Positions 1 through 9,047 of a DNA stretch of 64,000 nt are shown here, piece after piece. Numbering within the stretch: position 1 is the stretch's first letter; each line of letters begins with the position of its first letter. The notes beneath the pieces are model-generated. The model was given only the letters and a program-made list of their open reading frames with translations. It was not told the origin of the DNA and did not search any database. The DNA is from an uncultured Solirubrobacterales bacterium. Lineage in GTDB: Bacteria > Actinomycetota > Thermoleophilia > Solirubrobacterales > Solirubrobacteraceae. The stretch lies in contig CAVWOQ010000038.1 in the NCBI GenBank assembly GCA_963756655.1, positions 7,178 to 71,177 of the forward strand, written 5' to 3'. The translations under genes and the position numbers were made by a program.

Positions 1-747
1 GAAGACGACGTGCGCCGCTGGTGGGAGATCCTCGACGCGGAGGCCCACGAGTCGGCTGAGCCGCTCAACCCGCAGCTGCTGTTCCACGAGCTGAGCAAGC
101 GGCTGCCCGACCAGGCGATCCTGACCAGCGACTCGGGATCATCGACCGACTGGTGGGCGCGCCACATGCGGCTGCGGAGCGGGATGAAGACCGCGCTATC
201 GGGAACCCTGGCGACGATGTGCCCAGCCATTCCGTACGCGCTCGCGGCTAAGTTCGCGTATCCCGATCGTCCGGTGATCGCGGCGATCGGCGACGGCGCG
301 TTCCAGATGCTCGGCATCAACGCGATGATCGACATCGCGCGCTACCACGATCGTTGGGCAAACCAGCAGCTGGTCGTGCTCGTGCTCCACAACGACGATC
401 TCAACCAGGTGACCTGGGAGCAGCGGGTTATGTCCGGCGACCCGAAACTGGAGGTCTCACAGACGCTGCCAGACTTTCCCTATGCGCGCTACGCAGAGCT
501 GATCGGCCTCAAGGGGATCCGGGTCGACACGCCGGACGCGGTTGGGCCAGCGTGGGACGAAGCCCTGAGCGCCGGGCAACCGGTGCTGATCGAGGCGATC
601 ACCGATCCCGAGGTGCCGCCGCTGCCGCCGCACATCCGCTTCGAGCAGGCGAAGGAACTCGCTCATGCGCTGCCCGGCGACCCCGCCCGTGCCGGGATCG
701 TGAAGCAGTCACTGAAGGGCATCGTCGACGAGTTCGTGAACCGCTGA
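1..747 (+). CDS. Thiamine-pyrophosphate-requiring enzyme (pyruvate oxidase/acetolactate synthase family), 5'-truncated by the window edge
   Basis: TPP-binding motif GDGAFQM...LVLHN and SGTLATMCPAIPYA; the frame is open from the window start. Confidence 0.9.
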   Translation, partial: EDDVRRWWEILDAEAHESAEPLNPQLLFHELSKRLPDQAILTSDSGSSTDWWARHMRLRSGMKTALSGTLATMCPAIPYALAAKFAYPDRPVIAAIGDGAFQMLGINAMIDIARYHDRWANQQLVVLVLHNDDLNQVTWEQRVMSGDPKLEVSQTLPDFPYARYAELIGLKGIRVDTPDAVGPAWDEALSAGQPVLIEAITDPEVPPLPPHIRFEQAKELAHALPGDPARAGIVKQSLKGIVDEFVNR

Positions 748-749
748 TC

Positions 750-1214
750 GTGAAACGTCTTCGTCGCAAGCGCCCGTTGGCTCCCAGCGACGGCCCCGCC
801 CGGTGGCTGTGGAACCTCCGCGCCGGGCGGATCCAGAAGACGCTCGCCGTGACCGTCGCCGCGAGCGGCCTGCCGCTCGGGTTCGAGATGTACCTCGAGC
901 ATTACAAGGGGTCTTTCGGGGACATCTGGATGTGGAGCCCGATCGTCACCAGCCCGCTGGTCAGCGCCGCCGGTCTCGCCGGGGCGCGCTCCAGCACGGC
1001 GGCACGGACCGTTCTGCCGGCGGTCGGCGCCCTGTACGCGGCCAACGGCGTGATCGGCACGTACACGCATCTGCGCGGCGTCTACCGCAAACCCGGCGGG
1101 TTCTCGGAGCCCACCTACAACCTCGTCACGGGGCCGCCCCTGCTCGCGCCGGGCTCGCTGGTCCTGGTCGGCGCGATCGCGATGCTGGCCGCAGTTGTCG
1201 GGCGGGAGCGCTGA
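750..1214 (+). CDS. Hypothetical membrane protein of the TPP/GMC cluster
   Basis: GTG at 750 follows the upstream stop; hydrophobic segments; EMYLEHYKGSF...WMWSP; tightly packed in the operon. Confidence 0.7.
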   Translation: MKRLRRKRPLAPSDGPARWLWNLRAGRIQKTLAVTVAASGLPLGFEMYLEHYKGSFGDIWMWSPIVTSPLVSAAGLAGARSSTAARTVLPAVGALYAANGVIGTYTHLRGVYRKPGGFSEPTYNLVTGPPLLAPGSLVLVGAIAMLAAVVGRER

Positions 1215-1216
1215 GC

Positions 1217-1972
1217 GTGCCGCCGGACTTCAGCCGCGCCGACCACCTGCCAAAGCGCCGCGACGGAGGCGCGCTCACCGATCCATATCAGCTGCCGCGC
1301 CAGCGGCGCGGTCGCACGCCCCAGATGCACGGTCGGTACCCGGACTACGACGTGCTAGCGCAGGCCGATCACTGGGACGAGATCACCCGGAAGATGGTGC
1401 TCGGCCGGGTAGAGAACGTTCCTCCGTTGCGTTTCTTCACAGCTCGAGAAGTCGCCACCTTGAGCACGCTCTGCGATCTGCTGACCGCCCAGGACTCCGA
1501 GCCCCGGATCCCGGTGATCAACTTCGTCGACGAGAAGTACTACAACTCCGAGCTCGACGGCTACCAGTACGAGGACATGCCCGATGATCGCGATGTCTGG
1601 CGGCTGGTGGCCCAGGGTCTCGACGAGCAGGCTTCGACCCGGGCGGGCGCTGCCTCGTTCCCAGACGCCGACCACGACACGCAACTGGCGATCGTGGATG
1701 ACTTCGCGAACGGGCTGCTCGACGCGGGCGTATGGATGCAGCTGAACGTCAAGCGCGCCTTCAGCCTCGTCGTGCGCGTCGTGCTCGCGTGCTTCTACTC
1801 GCATCCCTGGGCGTGGAACGAGATCGGCTTCGGCGGCCCCGCGTATCCCCGCGGCTACAGCCGCTTCGGCAGCCCCCAGCTGCAGCATGCCGAGCGCGAG
1901 ACATGGGAGGGGAGAGAGGTCTTCGACCGCGACCCCGTGTCGGGTCAGACCGAGTCCCCGCCGAACAGATGA
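1217..1972 (+). CDS. Gluconate 2-dehydrogenase subunit 3 family protein
   Basis: GRYPDYDVL...HWD..TR, FYSHPWAWNEIGFGGPAYPRGY; directly upstream of a GMC oxidoreductase; start chosen at GTG 1217. Confidence 0.8.
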   Translation: MPPDFSRADHLPKRRDGGALTDPYQLPRQRRGRTPQMHGRYPDYDVLAQADHWDEITRKMVLGRVENVPPLRFFTAREVATLSTLCDLLTAQDSEPRIPVINFVDEKYYNSELDGYQYEDMPDDRDVWRLVAQGLDEQASTRAGAASFPDADHDTQLAIVDDFANGLLDAGVWMQLNVKRAFSLVVRVVLACFYSHPWAWNEIGFGGPAYPRGYSRFGSPQLQHAERETWEGREVFDRDPVSGQTESPPNR

Positions 1973-3627
1973 GACTCGCGGGGAGTCTCGTCAAGGGTGC
2001 CGTCAGGATGCCCAAGGACAACGACTCGGCGTGGCTGCTCGATCGGCACAAGCGCGGGCTGCAGAACCTCGATCGGATGCGTCGCTACGGGGCCAGCGAA
2101 CCCGTCGACATGGTCGTCGTCGGGGCGGGCGCGGGCGGGATCACGCTCGCGCAGCGACTGGCGCGGGCGGGCTGGCGGATCGTGATCTTGGAGAAGGGAC
2201 CGTTCTGGGATCCAGACCGGGACTGGGTGTCAGACGAGAAAGGCGCCGGCCCGATCTACTGGACCGACAAGCGGATCATCTCGGGCGACGACCCGGTCGA
2301 GATGGGCAAGAACAACTGTGGCGTCGGAGTGGGAGGGTCGATGACCCACTTCGCCGGCTACGTGCCGCGCTTTCACCCGTCTGATTTCGAGGTCCGGACG
2401 CGTGACGGTGTCGCGGTCGACTGGCCGATCTCGTACTGGGATCTGAAGCCCGCCTTCGAGCGCGTCGAGCGTGAGCTGCCGGTCGCCGGCCAAGACTGGC
2501 CGTGGGGGGACCCGCACACCTATCCCCACGCCCCGCACCCGATCTCGGGCGCTGCCGCCGTTGCGTGGCGCGGGGCGGAGGACCTCGGAATCGAGATGCG
2601 GGTCGGTCCGGTTTCGATCACCAACGGAGCGTTCGGTAACCGGCCGCACTGCATCTATCGCGGCTTCTGCCTGCAGGGCTGCAAGGTCAACGCGAAGGCA
2701 AGCCCGCTGATCACCCACCTGCCCGACGCGATCGAGCACGGAGTCGAGGTGCGTGCGAACGCGATGGCCGTTCGCGTCGAGATCGACGGGTCAAGTGGAC
2801 GTTGCACGGGCGTCACTTACGTCAAGGACGACAAGGAGTGCTTCGTTGCAGCCGATGCGGTGGCCGTCTGCGGCTACGCGATCGAGACGCCGAGGCTGCT
2901 GCTGCACTCGACCAGCGCCCGCCACCCCAACGGGATCGGCAACCAGTCAGATCAGCTCGGCCGCTACGTGATGGTGCAGGGCGCGACGCAGGTAGCGGGA
3001 CGTTTTCCGGACGATCTGCGGATGTACAAGGCGCCCCCGCCCGAGGTCTCGAGCGAGCAGTTCTACGAGACCGACCCGAGCCGTGATTTCGCCCGCGGTT
3101 TCTCGATCCAGACGGTCGCGCCGCTGCCGATCGGGTGGGCCGAACACGTGCACGGCGACGGCCATTGGGGCGCGGCGCTGCGCGAGTATATGCGCGACTA
3201 CAACCACTGGACGATTCTTGGGCTCTTGTGCGAGCTGCTGCCGCAGCCCGACAACCGTGTGACGCTCGCCGACGAGCGCGACCAGTATGGGATGCCGATC
3301 GCCAACTTCTCGCACTCGCTGTGCGAGAACGACAAGCGCAACATCGCTTTTGCGACCAAGACGATCGAGCAGATCTGGGAGCACGCCGGAGCCCAGGATC
3401 AACTCAAGATCGACCGCTTCGCGCACCTGGTCGGCGGCGCGCGGATGGGCTTTGACCCCGACGACAGCGTGGTCGACGCCAACCACCGTGTCTGGGAGGT
3501 GCCGAACCTGTTCATCGTTGACGGCAGCGTGTTCCCGACCCAGGGAGCCGCGAACCCCGCGCTGGTGATCATGGCGCTCGCAGATCGTTGCGCGCAGCTG
3601 CTAAAGCACAAGCGGGTCGTCGCGTGA
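1969..3627 (+). CDS. GMC family oxidoreductase
   Basis: FAD motif VVVGAGAGG, GVGVGGS, CIYRGFCLQGC, HLVGGARMG, NLFIVDGSVFPT; ATGA overlap with the previous stop. Confidence 0.92.
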   Translation: MRLAGSLVKGAVRMPKDNDSAWLLDRHKRGLQNLDRMRRYGASEPVDMVVVGAGAGGITLAQRLARAGWRIVILEKGPFWDPDRDWVSDEKGAGPIYWTDKRIISGDDPVEMGKNNCGVGVGGSMTHFAGYVPRFHPSDFEVRTRDGVAVDWPISYWDLKPAFERVERELPVAGQDWPWGDPHTYPHAPHPISGAAAVAWRGAEDLGIEMRVGPVSITNGAFGNRPHCIYRGFCLQGCKVNAKASPLITHLPDAIEHGVEVRANAMAVRVEIDGSSGRCTGVTYVKDDKECFVAADAVAVCGYAIETPRLLLHSTSARHPNGIGNQSDQLGRYVMVQGATQVAGRFPDDLRMYKAPPPEVSSEQFYETDPSRDFARGFSIQTVAPLPIGWAEHVHGDGHWGAALREYMRDYNHWTILGLLCELLPQPDNRVTLADERDQYGMPIANFSHSLCENDKRNIAFATKTIEQIWEHAGAQDQLKIDRFAHLVGGARMGFDPDDSVVDANHRVWEVPNLFIVDGSVFPTQGAANPALVIMALADRCAQLLKHKRVVA

Positions 3628-4718
3628 CGGAGCCCGCGCCGATCAGCGACGTAGAGGCCTCCGCGTACACGATCCCGACCGACGCCCCCGAGGCCGATGG
3701 GACGCTCGCCTGGGACTCGACCACGCTCGTGGTCGCCACGGCGCGAGCGGCCGGCACGACGGGCCTCGGCTGGACCTACGGTCACTCGGCGATCGCCCAG
3801 CTGATCGACACCGAGCTAGCGAAGGCCGTCCACGGCCGCGACGCGATCGACGTGCAGGCGTGCTGGGCCGCGATGGTGAGAGCGATCCGCAACGAGGGAC
3901 GCCCGGGGCTGAGCTCGATGGCGATCGCGGCGGTCGATGTTGCGCTCTGGGACCTGAAGGCGAAGCTGCTAGGTGTGCCGCTGAGCGTGCTGCTCGGCCG
4001 CCATCACCGGACAGTGCCGATCTACGGCAGCGGCGGCTTCATCTCCTACTCCGATGAACGGCTCGGCGAGCAGCTCCGGGGCTGGGCACAGGCAGGCATC
4101 CCGAGGGTGAAGATGAAGATCGGACCCAATCCGGAACGGGAGCGGGTCCGCGTCCGGGTCGCGCGGGAGGCGATCGGCAACGACGTGCAGCTGTTCGTGG
4201 ACGCCAACGGCGCGTACCGGCCAAAGGAGGCGATCGACCTCGCGCAGGAGTTAGCCGAACAACGGGTGAGCTGGTTCGAGGAGCCCGTTTCGTCGGATGA
4301 TCTGGCCGGTCTGCACCAGGTTCGTGAGCACGTCCCGGCGGGAATCGCGATCGCCGCCGGCGAGTACGGCTACGACCTGACCTATTTCGAGCGGATGCTC
4401 GCGGCTGACGCCGTCGACGTGTTGCAAGCCGACGTCACCCGATGCGGCGGGATAACTGAGCTGTTGCGGATCGACGGCCTGTGCCGCGCTCGCTCCCGGC
4501 CACTGTCGCTGCACTGCTCGCCGACGTTGCACGCAAATGCGGGCCCCGCCCTTGAGACCGTGGTGCACATGGAGTACTTCCATGACCACGTGCGGATCGA
4601 GGAGCTGCTGTTCGATGGCGTCCCGCGGCCGAGCGATGGCGTACTGGCGCCGAACGAGTCACGACCGGGTCTCGGCGTCGAGTTTCGCTGGTCGGACGCG
4701 CAGCGCTACGCCGCGTGA
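3624..4718 (+). CDS. Mandelate racemase/muconate lactonizing enzyme (enolase superfamily) protein
   Basis: [42 protein letters not shown]; GTGA overlap. Confidence 0.9.
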   Translation: MTEPAPISDVEASAYTIPTDAPEADGTLAWDSTTLVVATARAAGTTGLGWTYGHSAIAQLIDTELAKAVHGRDAIDVQACWAAMVRAIRNEGRPGLSSMAIAAVDVALWDLKAKLLGVPLSVLLGRHHRTVPIYGSGGFISYSDERLGEQLRGWAQAGIPRVKMKIGPNPERERVRVRVAREAIGNDVQLFVDANGAYRPKEAIDLAQELAEQRVSWFEEPVSSDDLAGLHQVREHVPAGIAIAAGEYGYDLTYFERMLAADAVDVLQADVTRCGGITELLRIDGLCRARSRPLSLHCSPTLHANAGPALETVVHMEYFHDHVRIEELLFDGVPRPSDGVLAPNESRPGLGVEFRWSDAQRYAA

Positions 4719-4888
4719 GCGGGCTCTGATTCCTCGGCGAGGTCCTTGCCGATAAACAGGAGCGCGCCGGAGATGACGCCCGTGTCGTAACCGAACAGAA
4801 AGCCGCCGAGCGCGGCGATGATCGCGAGGGGCACAACGAACCGTGACCGGCCGCTGAACACCTCGCGCCGGAACTCGATGGTTCGGCA
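4706..4888 (-). pseudogene. N-terminal remnant of a sugar-porter MFS transporter
   Basis: The minus frame reads [41 protein letters not shown], then runs into the enolase 3' end and stops at 4706. Confidence 0.8.
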
Positions 4889-4969
4889 CTACCCGGATTC
4901 GAGTCCGTTCTGCAGGGAAGTGTCCGCGCGGACACTTCCGTGGCGCGCGAGTCTGGGGTCTAGAGGTCG

Positions 4970-5128
4970 CTAAACGCTGGCGTGGAGCGCGAACACGCCG
5001 ACGAGGAAGACGAACAGCAGCAGATAGAGACCGTACTTGCCCCACGCCGGCCACTGGGCGTCGGGGTCACGCGACATCAAGTAGCGCTCTTCCTCTCGAA
5101 TTGTGTTGTTGCAGTGAGGACAGATCAT
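4970..5128 (-). CDS. Small (52 aa) protein with an N-terminal CPHC motif and a C-terminal transmembrane helix
   Basis: MICPHCNNTIREEERYLMSRDPDAQWPAWGKYGLYLLLFVFLVGVFALHASV; a stress-type promoter match lies upstream. Confidence 0.55.
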   Translation of the reverse strand: MICPHCNNTIREEERYLMSRDPDAQWPAWGKYGLYLLLFVFLVGVFALHASV

Positions 5129-5178
5129 TTCGTAGTCAACTCCGGTCCTGGACGGCGGCGGGCTTATTAGCTCATCGG

Positions 5179-5204
5179 CTACCCGGAGATGAAACGTGAG
5201 CAAC
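5179..5204 (-). promoter_or_regulatory. Putative SigB/SigF-type promoter GTTG-N16-GGGTAG
   Basis: Motif read on the minus strand, 50 nt upstream of ATG 5128. Confidence 0.45.
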
Positions 5205-5233
5205 ATGAAGGCTTTTAAAGAATCTGATCAGGC

Positions 5234-6125
5234 TTATGTTGGGGTGGCGCCGCCGGGCGGCTCGCGGTCGTCGTCGACTGACTCGATACCGGCCACGGTC
5301 GCGAGGCCGTTGGTTGCGTCGACGATCTCGTCCAGCTCGGACATCAGCGCCGCGCGCTGGTGGTCGTCGCTCGGCTTCTGCACGCGTTCGAAGCTCGTGT
5401 AGCTCGAGCGCAGATCAGGGACCGCGGTCGATTCGTCCGTGGCTGAATCGACAACCGCCGTGCCGACCAGCTCAAGCATCCGGGTGACGCCCCCGGCCAG
5501 CGGCGCAAGCGCCGGCAGCGGCGTCCGATCGCGGTCCTCCTGCGCCTCGAGCCGCAGGACCTGGACCGCCTGGACGAGCCGTCTGGTCGCGTCTAGCGCC
5601 GCCTGCGTGCGCCTTGGGTCGATCCTGTGAGCCGCGGGCTCTGCCAGCGATCGAGCGACCGTGGCCTCGGCGTTGGTGCGCGCCAGCCGCGCCTGTCGCG
5701 CCACGGGCCGGATCTCCTGCTCGCCGAGCCGGCGCCCATCGACCAATGCGTCGAGCACCGCGGCGGCGTAGGCGCGCAGCGCATCGAGCAGCTCTGCCAG
5801 CGCCTGGCGCGCGGGAATTCTCGACCAGGTCGGCCACAGCGCGTAGGCCAGCAGCCCGATCGAGGCCCCGACCAAGGTGTCGAGCAGCCGTGCGTACGCC
5901 CATCGTCACGCCCGCCACCGGCTGGCCGATCGCGAGTCCGCCACCTAGCACTGAGACCACCGGGATCGCCGCCAGCAGACCGCCCGAGACCGATACCAGC
6001 GAGCGATCGAAGTGGGCCGCGTCGCGGACGGCGACGGTCAGCGCCGCCGGTCGCGGGGAGTCTGGGCTCTGCTGCTCGTTGCTCCGCGACGACACGGGTG
6101 CGACAGTAGCCCGCCGAGCGTGCAT
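5234..6125 (-). pseudogene. FUSC-family membrane protein with a large internal deletion and frame change
   Basis: N-terminal part (DAAHFDRSLVSVSGGLLAAIPVV...VAGVTMG) joins in another frame to C-terminal ARLLDTLVGASIGLLAYALWPTW at about 5900; the start is uncertain. Confidence 0.7.
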
Positions 6126-6429
6126 GGGGGATCGCCCGGGTAAGGACGGTCTAGAGCCCGTCAGCCAGAGCAGGCGCGGATCGAGAACTTGAGCGCGACC
6201 TATCTGACGAGCGCGGCCTCCGCGGCGACGTAACGAGTCAGCATTCGGACAGGAGCCGGATTCCGCAACGTTTGTGTCCGACGGTACGGGTTGAACGCGG
6301 CCGCTCGCGGGCTAATAGTAAGAGTGACTTGCCCGCCGCGGGACGGGTGACGAATTGGTGTCGGGGTGTGTTGGCCGTCGCGGTAGGGCGCGGCGAACGA
6401 CTGCTCGGTGGTACTCGAAAGGACTGGTG

Positions 6430-7239
6430 ATGAATCCCGAACTTGCGGAGCGTGGGAGGGAACTCCACCACGGCGGCTCGCCGGGAACGGATTCGGCAGT
6501 GCTGCTCAGACGCTTGCGCGAGACCGGCGACCCGCGGGCGCGCGAGGAGCTCGTCGGGCGATTTCTGCCGCTGGCGCGCAAGCTGGCAGCTCGCTACATG
6601 AATCCGCTACGAACCGTTCGACGATCTGCTTCAGGTTGCAAGCATCGGGCTGCTCGGAGCGATTGACCGCTTTGATCCCGAGCGTGGCGTCGACTTCAAG
6701 TCGTTCGCGGTCCCGACAATCCTTGGCGAGCTGAAGCGGTACTTTCGGGGGACCGGCTGGTCGGCGCACGTGCCCAGACGAGCCCAGGAGCTCGCGCTGA
6801 AAGTCGACAAGGGAGTTCGCGAGATCTCGGCGACACTGGCGAGACGCCGAGTGTCGAGGAGCTCGCGTGTTATCTCGAGCTGACCACCGACGAGGTGCTG
6901 ACCGGCCTCGATGCCGGCCTCGCCCACTACTCGGTGTCGCTCGATGCGCCCGCGATTGGGTCGGCCGGCGACGCGGAACCCGAGCCGTTGGTCAATGGAC
7001 TCGGGCGCGAAGACGAGGGTTTCGGTCTGATGGAGAGCGCGGTCTCGCTCAACGCGGCGCTTGAGCAGCTCCCGCAGCTTGAGGCCGAAGCGCTCAACCT
7101 GAGGCTGAACCGCGATCTGAAGCAGACCGAGATCGCCGAGCTGCTGGGCTGCTCTCAGATGCAGGTCTCACGCCTGTTGCGGCGCGCTGCCGCGCGTGTC
7201 CGGGAGCTGATGGAAGGCAAACAGACATACGGGACGTAA
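6430..7239 (+). CDS. RNA polymerase sigma factor, SigB/SigF/SigG family (two apparent frameshifts, about 6607 and 6840)
   Basis: AREELVGRFLPLARKLA, EPFDDLLQVASIGLLGAIDRFDPERG, FAVPTILGELKRYFR, SLDAP, QTEIAELLGCSQMQVSRLL, spread over three frames. Confidence 0.85.
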
Positions 7240-7305
7240 GGCCGGTGCAGGCGGCGCGCAAAGCAAGCAGACGCTGAAGAACCTGCCCACGAGGGGCCAA
7301 AAGGG

Positions 7306-8277
7306 CTAGGTGACCCCCGCGCGAGTTTCAAAGCGCGGCAGGACGTGCTCTGCATACGCGGCGAAGAACGCGTCCTGCTCGGGTCCGATCTGATTGACGT
7401 AGAGCTCATCAAACCCGGCGTCTTCATACGCCTGGATCGCGCGCAGATGGCGGTCGACCGCGGGCCCGCAAGGCACATCGGCGGTGGCCTGATCGGTGCT
7501 CACGAGCTCAGAGGCCTGCTCGAAGTGCGCCGGGGTCGGCAGGATCTGCGCCAGTTCACCCGGGAGCCCCTCGTTGGCCCACAGTCGATGGACGAGCTCT
7601 CGGGCCTGATCCTCGTCTTTACCCCAGCACACCTTCAGGCCGCCCTGGATGAGCTTGCCGGCGCCACCGGCGGAGCGAAAGCGAGCAACCGACTCAGCGT
7701 CGGGCCCGACCGTGCAGTAGCCGTCGCCGACACGGGCCGCAAGATCGACCGCGCGCGGTCCGAAGCCGGAGACGATCACCTTCGGTGGCGCCTCGTGGAG
7801 GTCGTAGAGGCGGCAATGCTCGATCCGGTAGTGAGCGCCGCGATATTCCTGAACGCCTCCGCGCCATAGCCGGCGGATGAGTTCGATCGCTTCTTCAAGC
7901 ATCTCCAGGCGTTCGGCGGCACCCGGCCAACGGTCACCGAAGATGTGCTCGTTGAGCGCCTCGCCGCTGCCGACGCCGAGGTTGAAGCGACCATCGAGCA
8001 GAACGGCCGAGGTGGCCGCGGCCTGCGCGATGATCGCCGGGTGGATCCGCATCGTCGGGCAGGTGACGGCGGTTGTCACGGTCATTGCGTCGGTGGCCGA
8101 CGCGATCGCGCCGATCGTCGACCAGACGAATGGGCTGTGTCCCTGCGCGTCGTTCCAAGGATGAAAGTGGTCTGAGATCCAGAGGCGATCAAAGCCTGCC
8201 TGCTCAGCCTTGATCGCCTGCGCGACAAGGTCTTTGGGCCCCCACTCTTCGCTGGACAAGAAGTAGCCGAGTTTCAT
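7306..8277 (-). CDS. F420-dependent LLM-class oxidoreductase (G6PDH-like family)
   Basis: AGFDRLWISDHFHPW, HSPFVWSTIGAI, TAVTCPTMRIHPAIIAQAAAT, LGVGSGEALNEH. Confidence 0.9.
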   Translation of the reverse strand: MKLGYFLSSEEWGPKDLVAQAIKAEQAGFDRLWISDHFHPWNDAQGHSPFVWSTIGAIASATDAMTVTTAVTCPTMRIHPAIIAQAAATSAVLLDGRFNLGVGSGEALNEHIFGDRWPGAAERLEMLEEAIELIRRLWRGGVQEYRGAHYRIEHCRLYDLHEAPPKVIVSGFGPRAVDLAARVGDGYCTVGPDAESVARFRSAGGAGKLIQGGLKVCWGKDEDQARELVHRLWANEGLPGELAQILPTPAHFEQASELVSTDQATADVPCGPAVDRHLRAIQAYEDAGFDELYVNQIGPEQDAFFAAYAEHVLPRFETRAGVT

Positions 8278-8287
8278 GGTCACTGGA

Positions 8288-8313
8288 ATGCCCGCGCGGG
8301 GGCGCGCGCTAAC
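8288..8313 (-). promoter_or_regulatory. Putative SigB/SigF-type promoter GTTA-N16-GGGCAT
   Basis: 10 nt upstream of ATG 8277; no SD, so probably leaderless. Confidence 0.5.
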
Positions 8314-8376
8314 AGCGAGGCTCCGGATCTGCGGCGCAGGCTCCAGATCTGCGGCCGGATCTTCCGTGCCTTGCTG

Positions 8377-8442
8377 CGTCGGGTTGCCGCCGGCGGCCGG
8401 TGTCGTGGGTTGCCGTCGTCGGGTTGCCGCCGGCGGCCGGTG
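8377..8442. repeat. 26-bp direct repeat (CGTCGGGTTGCCGCCGGCGGCCGGTG) x2, 40-bp period
   Basis: Copies at 8377-8402 and 8417-8442, with a partial GGGTTGCCG between them. Confidence 0.85.
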
Positions 8443-8447
8443 GGTAG
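8423..8447 (+). promoter_or_regulatory. Putative SigB/SigF-type promoter GTTG-N15-GGGTAG
   Basis: 9 nt upstream of the DUF6328 start at 8457. Confidence 0.5.
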
Positions 8448-8456
8448 GTTCAGTTA

Positions 8457-8993
8457 GTGGCGTCTACGGTGAGCTCCACCAGAACCGATGACCGTGACGA
8501 GACGGCCGCCGAACGGCTCGATCGCAACACGATGGAGCTCCTCAACGAGCTGCGCGTCGCCGGAACCGGAATCCAGGTGATGTTCGCGTTCCTGTTGGTC
8601 GTACCGTTCAACACCGGGTGGCGGCACGTCTCGACGTTCGGACGCGCGATCTACTTCGCGTCGCTGCTGTGCGTGGCAGCCGCGGCGGTGCTGCTGATTG
8701 CGCCCTCGATCCAGCACCGGATCCTGTTCCGTCACAGGGAAAAGCGCTATCTGGTCGACACGGCGAACCGGATCGCGATCGTCGCGATGGTGTTCCTCGC
8801 CGCAGGCCTCACGGGGATCCTGATCCTGATCTCCGACGTCGTCGTCGGGGGGGCGGCTCCGTGGATCGTCGGCGCCTTGGCGGGGTTGGGGATCGCGGCG
8901 TTGTGGTTCGGCGTGCCAGTGAGCCGGATCGCGGAAGAACGACGCGTTGCCTCGCGCGACAGCGGCGTAGACTCGATCAGTGGAGGCCGGTAG
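8457..8993 (+). CDS. DUF6328-like membrane protein
   Basis: ETAAERLDRNTMELLNELRVAGTGIQVMFAFLLVVPFN followed by four hydrophobic helices. Confidence 0.8.
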   Translation: MASTVSSTRTDDRDETAAERLDRNTMELLNELRVAGTGIQVMFAFLLVVPFNTGWRHVSTFGRAIYFASLLCVAAAAVLLIAPSIQHRILFRHREKRYLVDTANRIAIVAMVFLAAGLTGILILISDVVVGGAAPWIVGALAGLGIAALWFGVPVSRIAEERRVASRDSGVDSISGGR

Positions 8994-9047
8994 CCAGACG
9001 GCGCCCGGGCAGTGGCCTCCAACGAAAGCGACCCTGGAGGTCATCTG

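Noticed and set aside
6595-6860. Programmed frameshifting or phase variation in the sigma factor gene
   Set aside because: No slippery heptamer or long repeat tract; similar small indels are scattered over many unrelated genes, which favours sequencing error.
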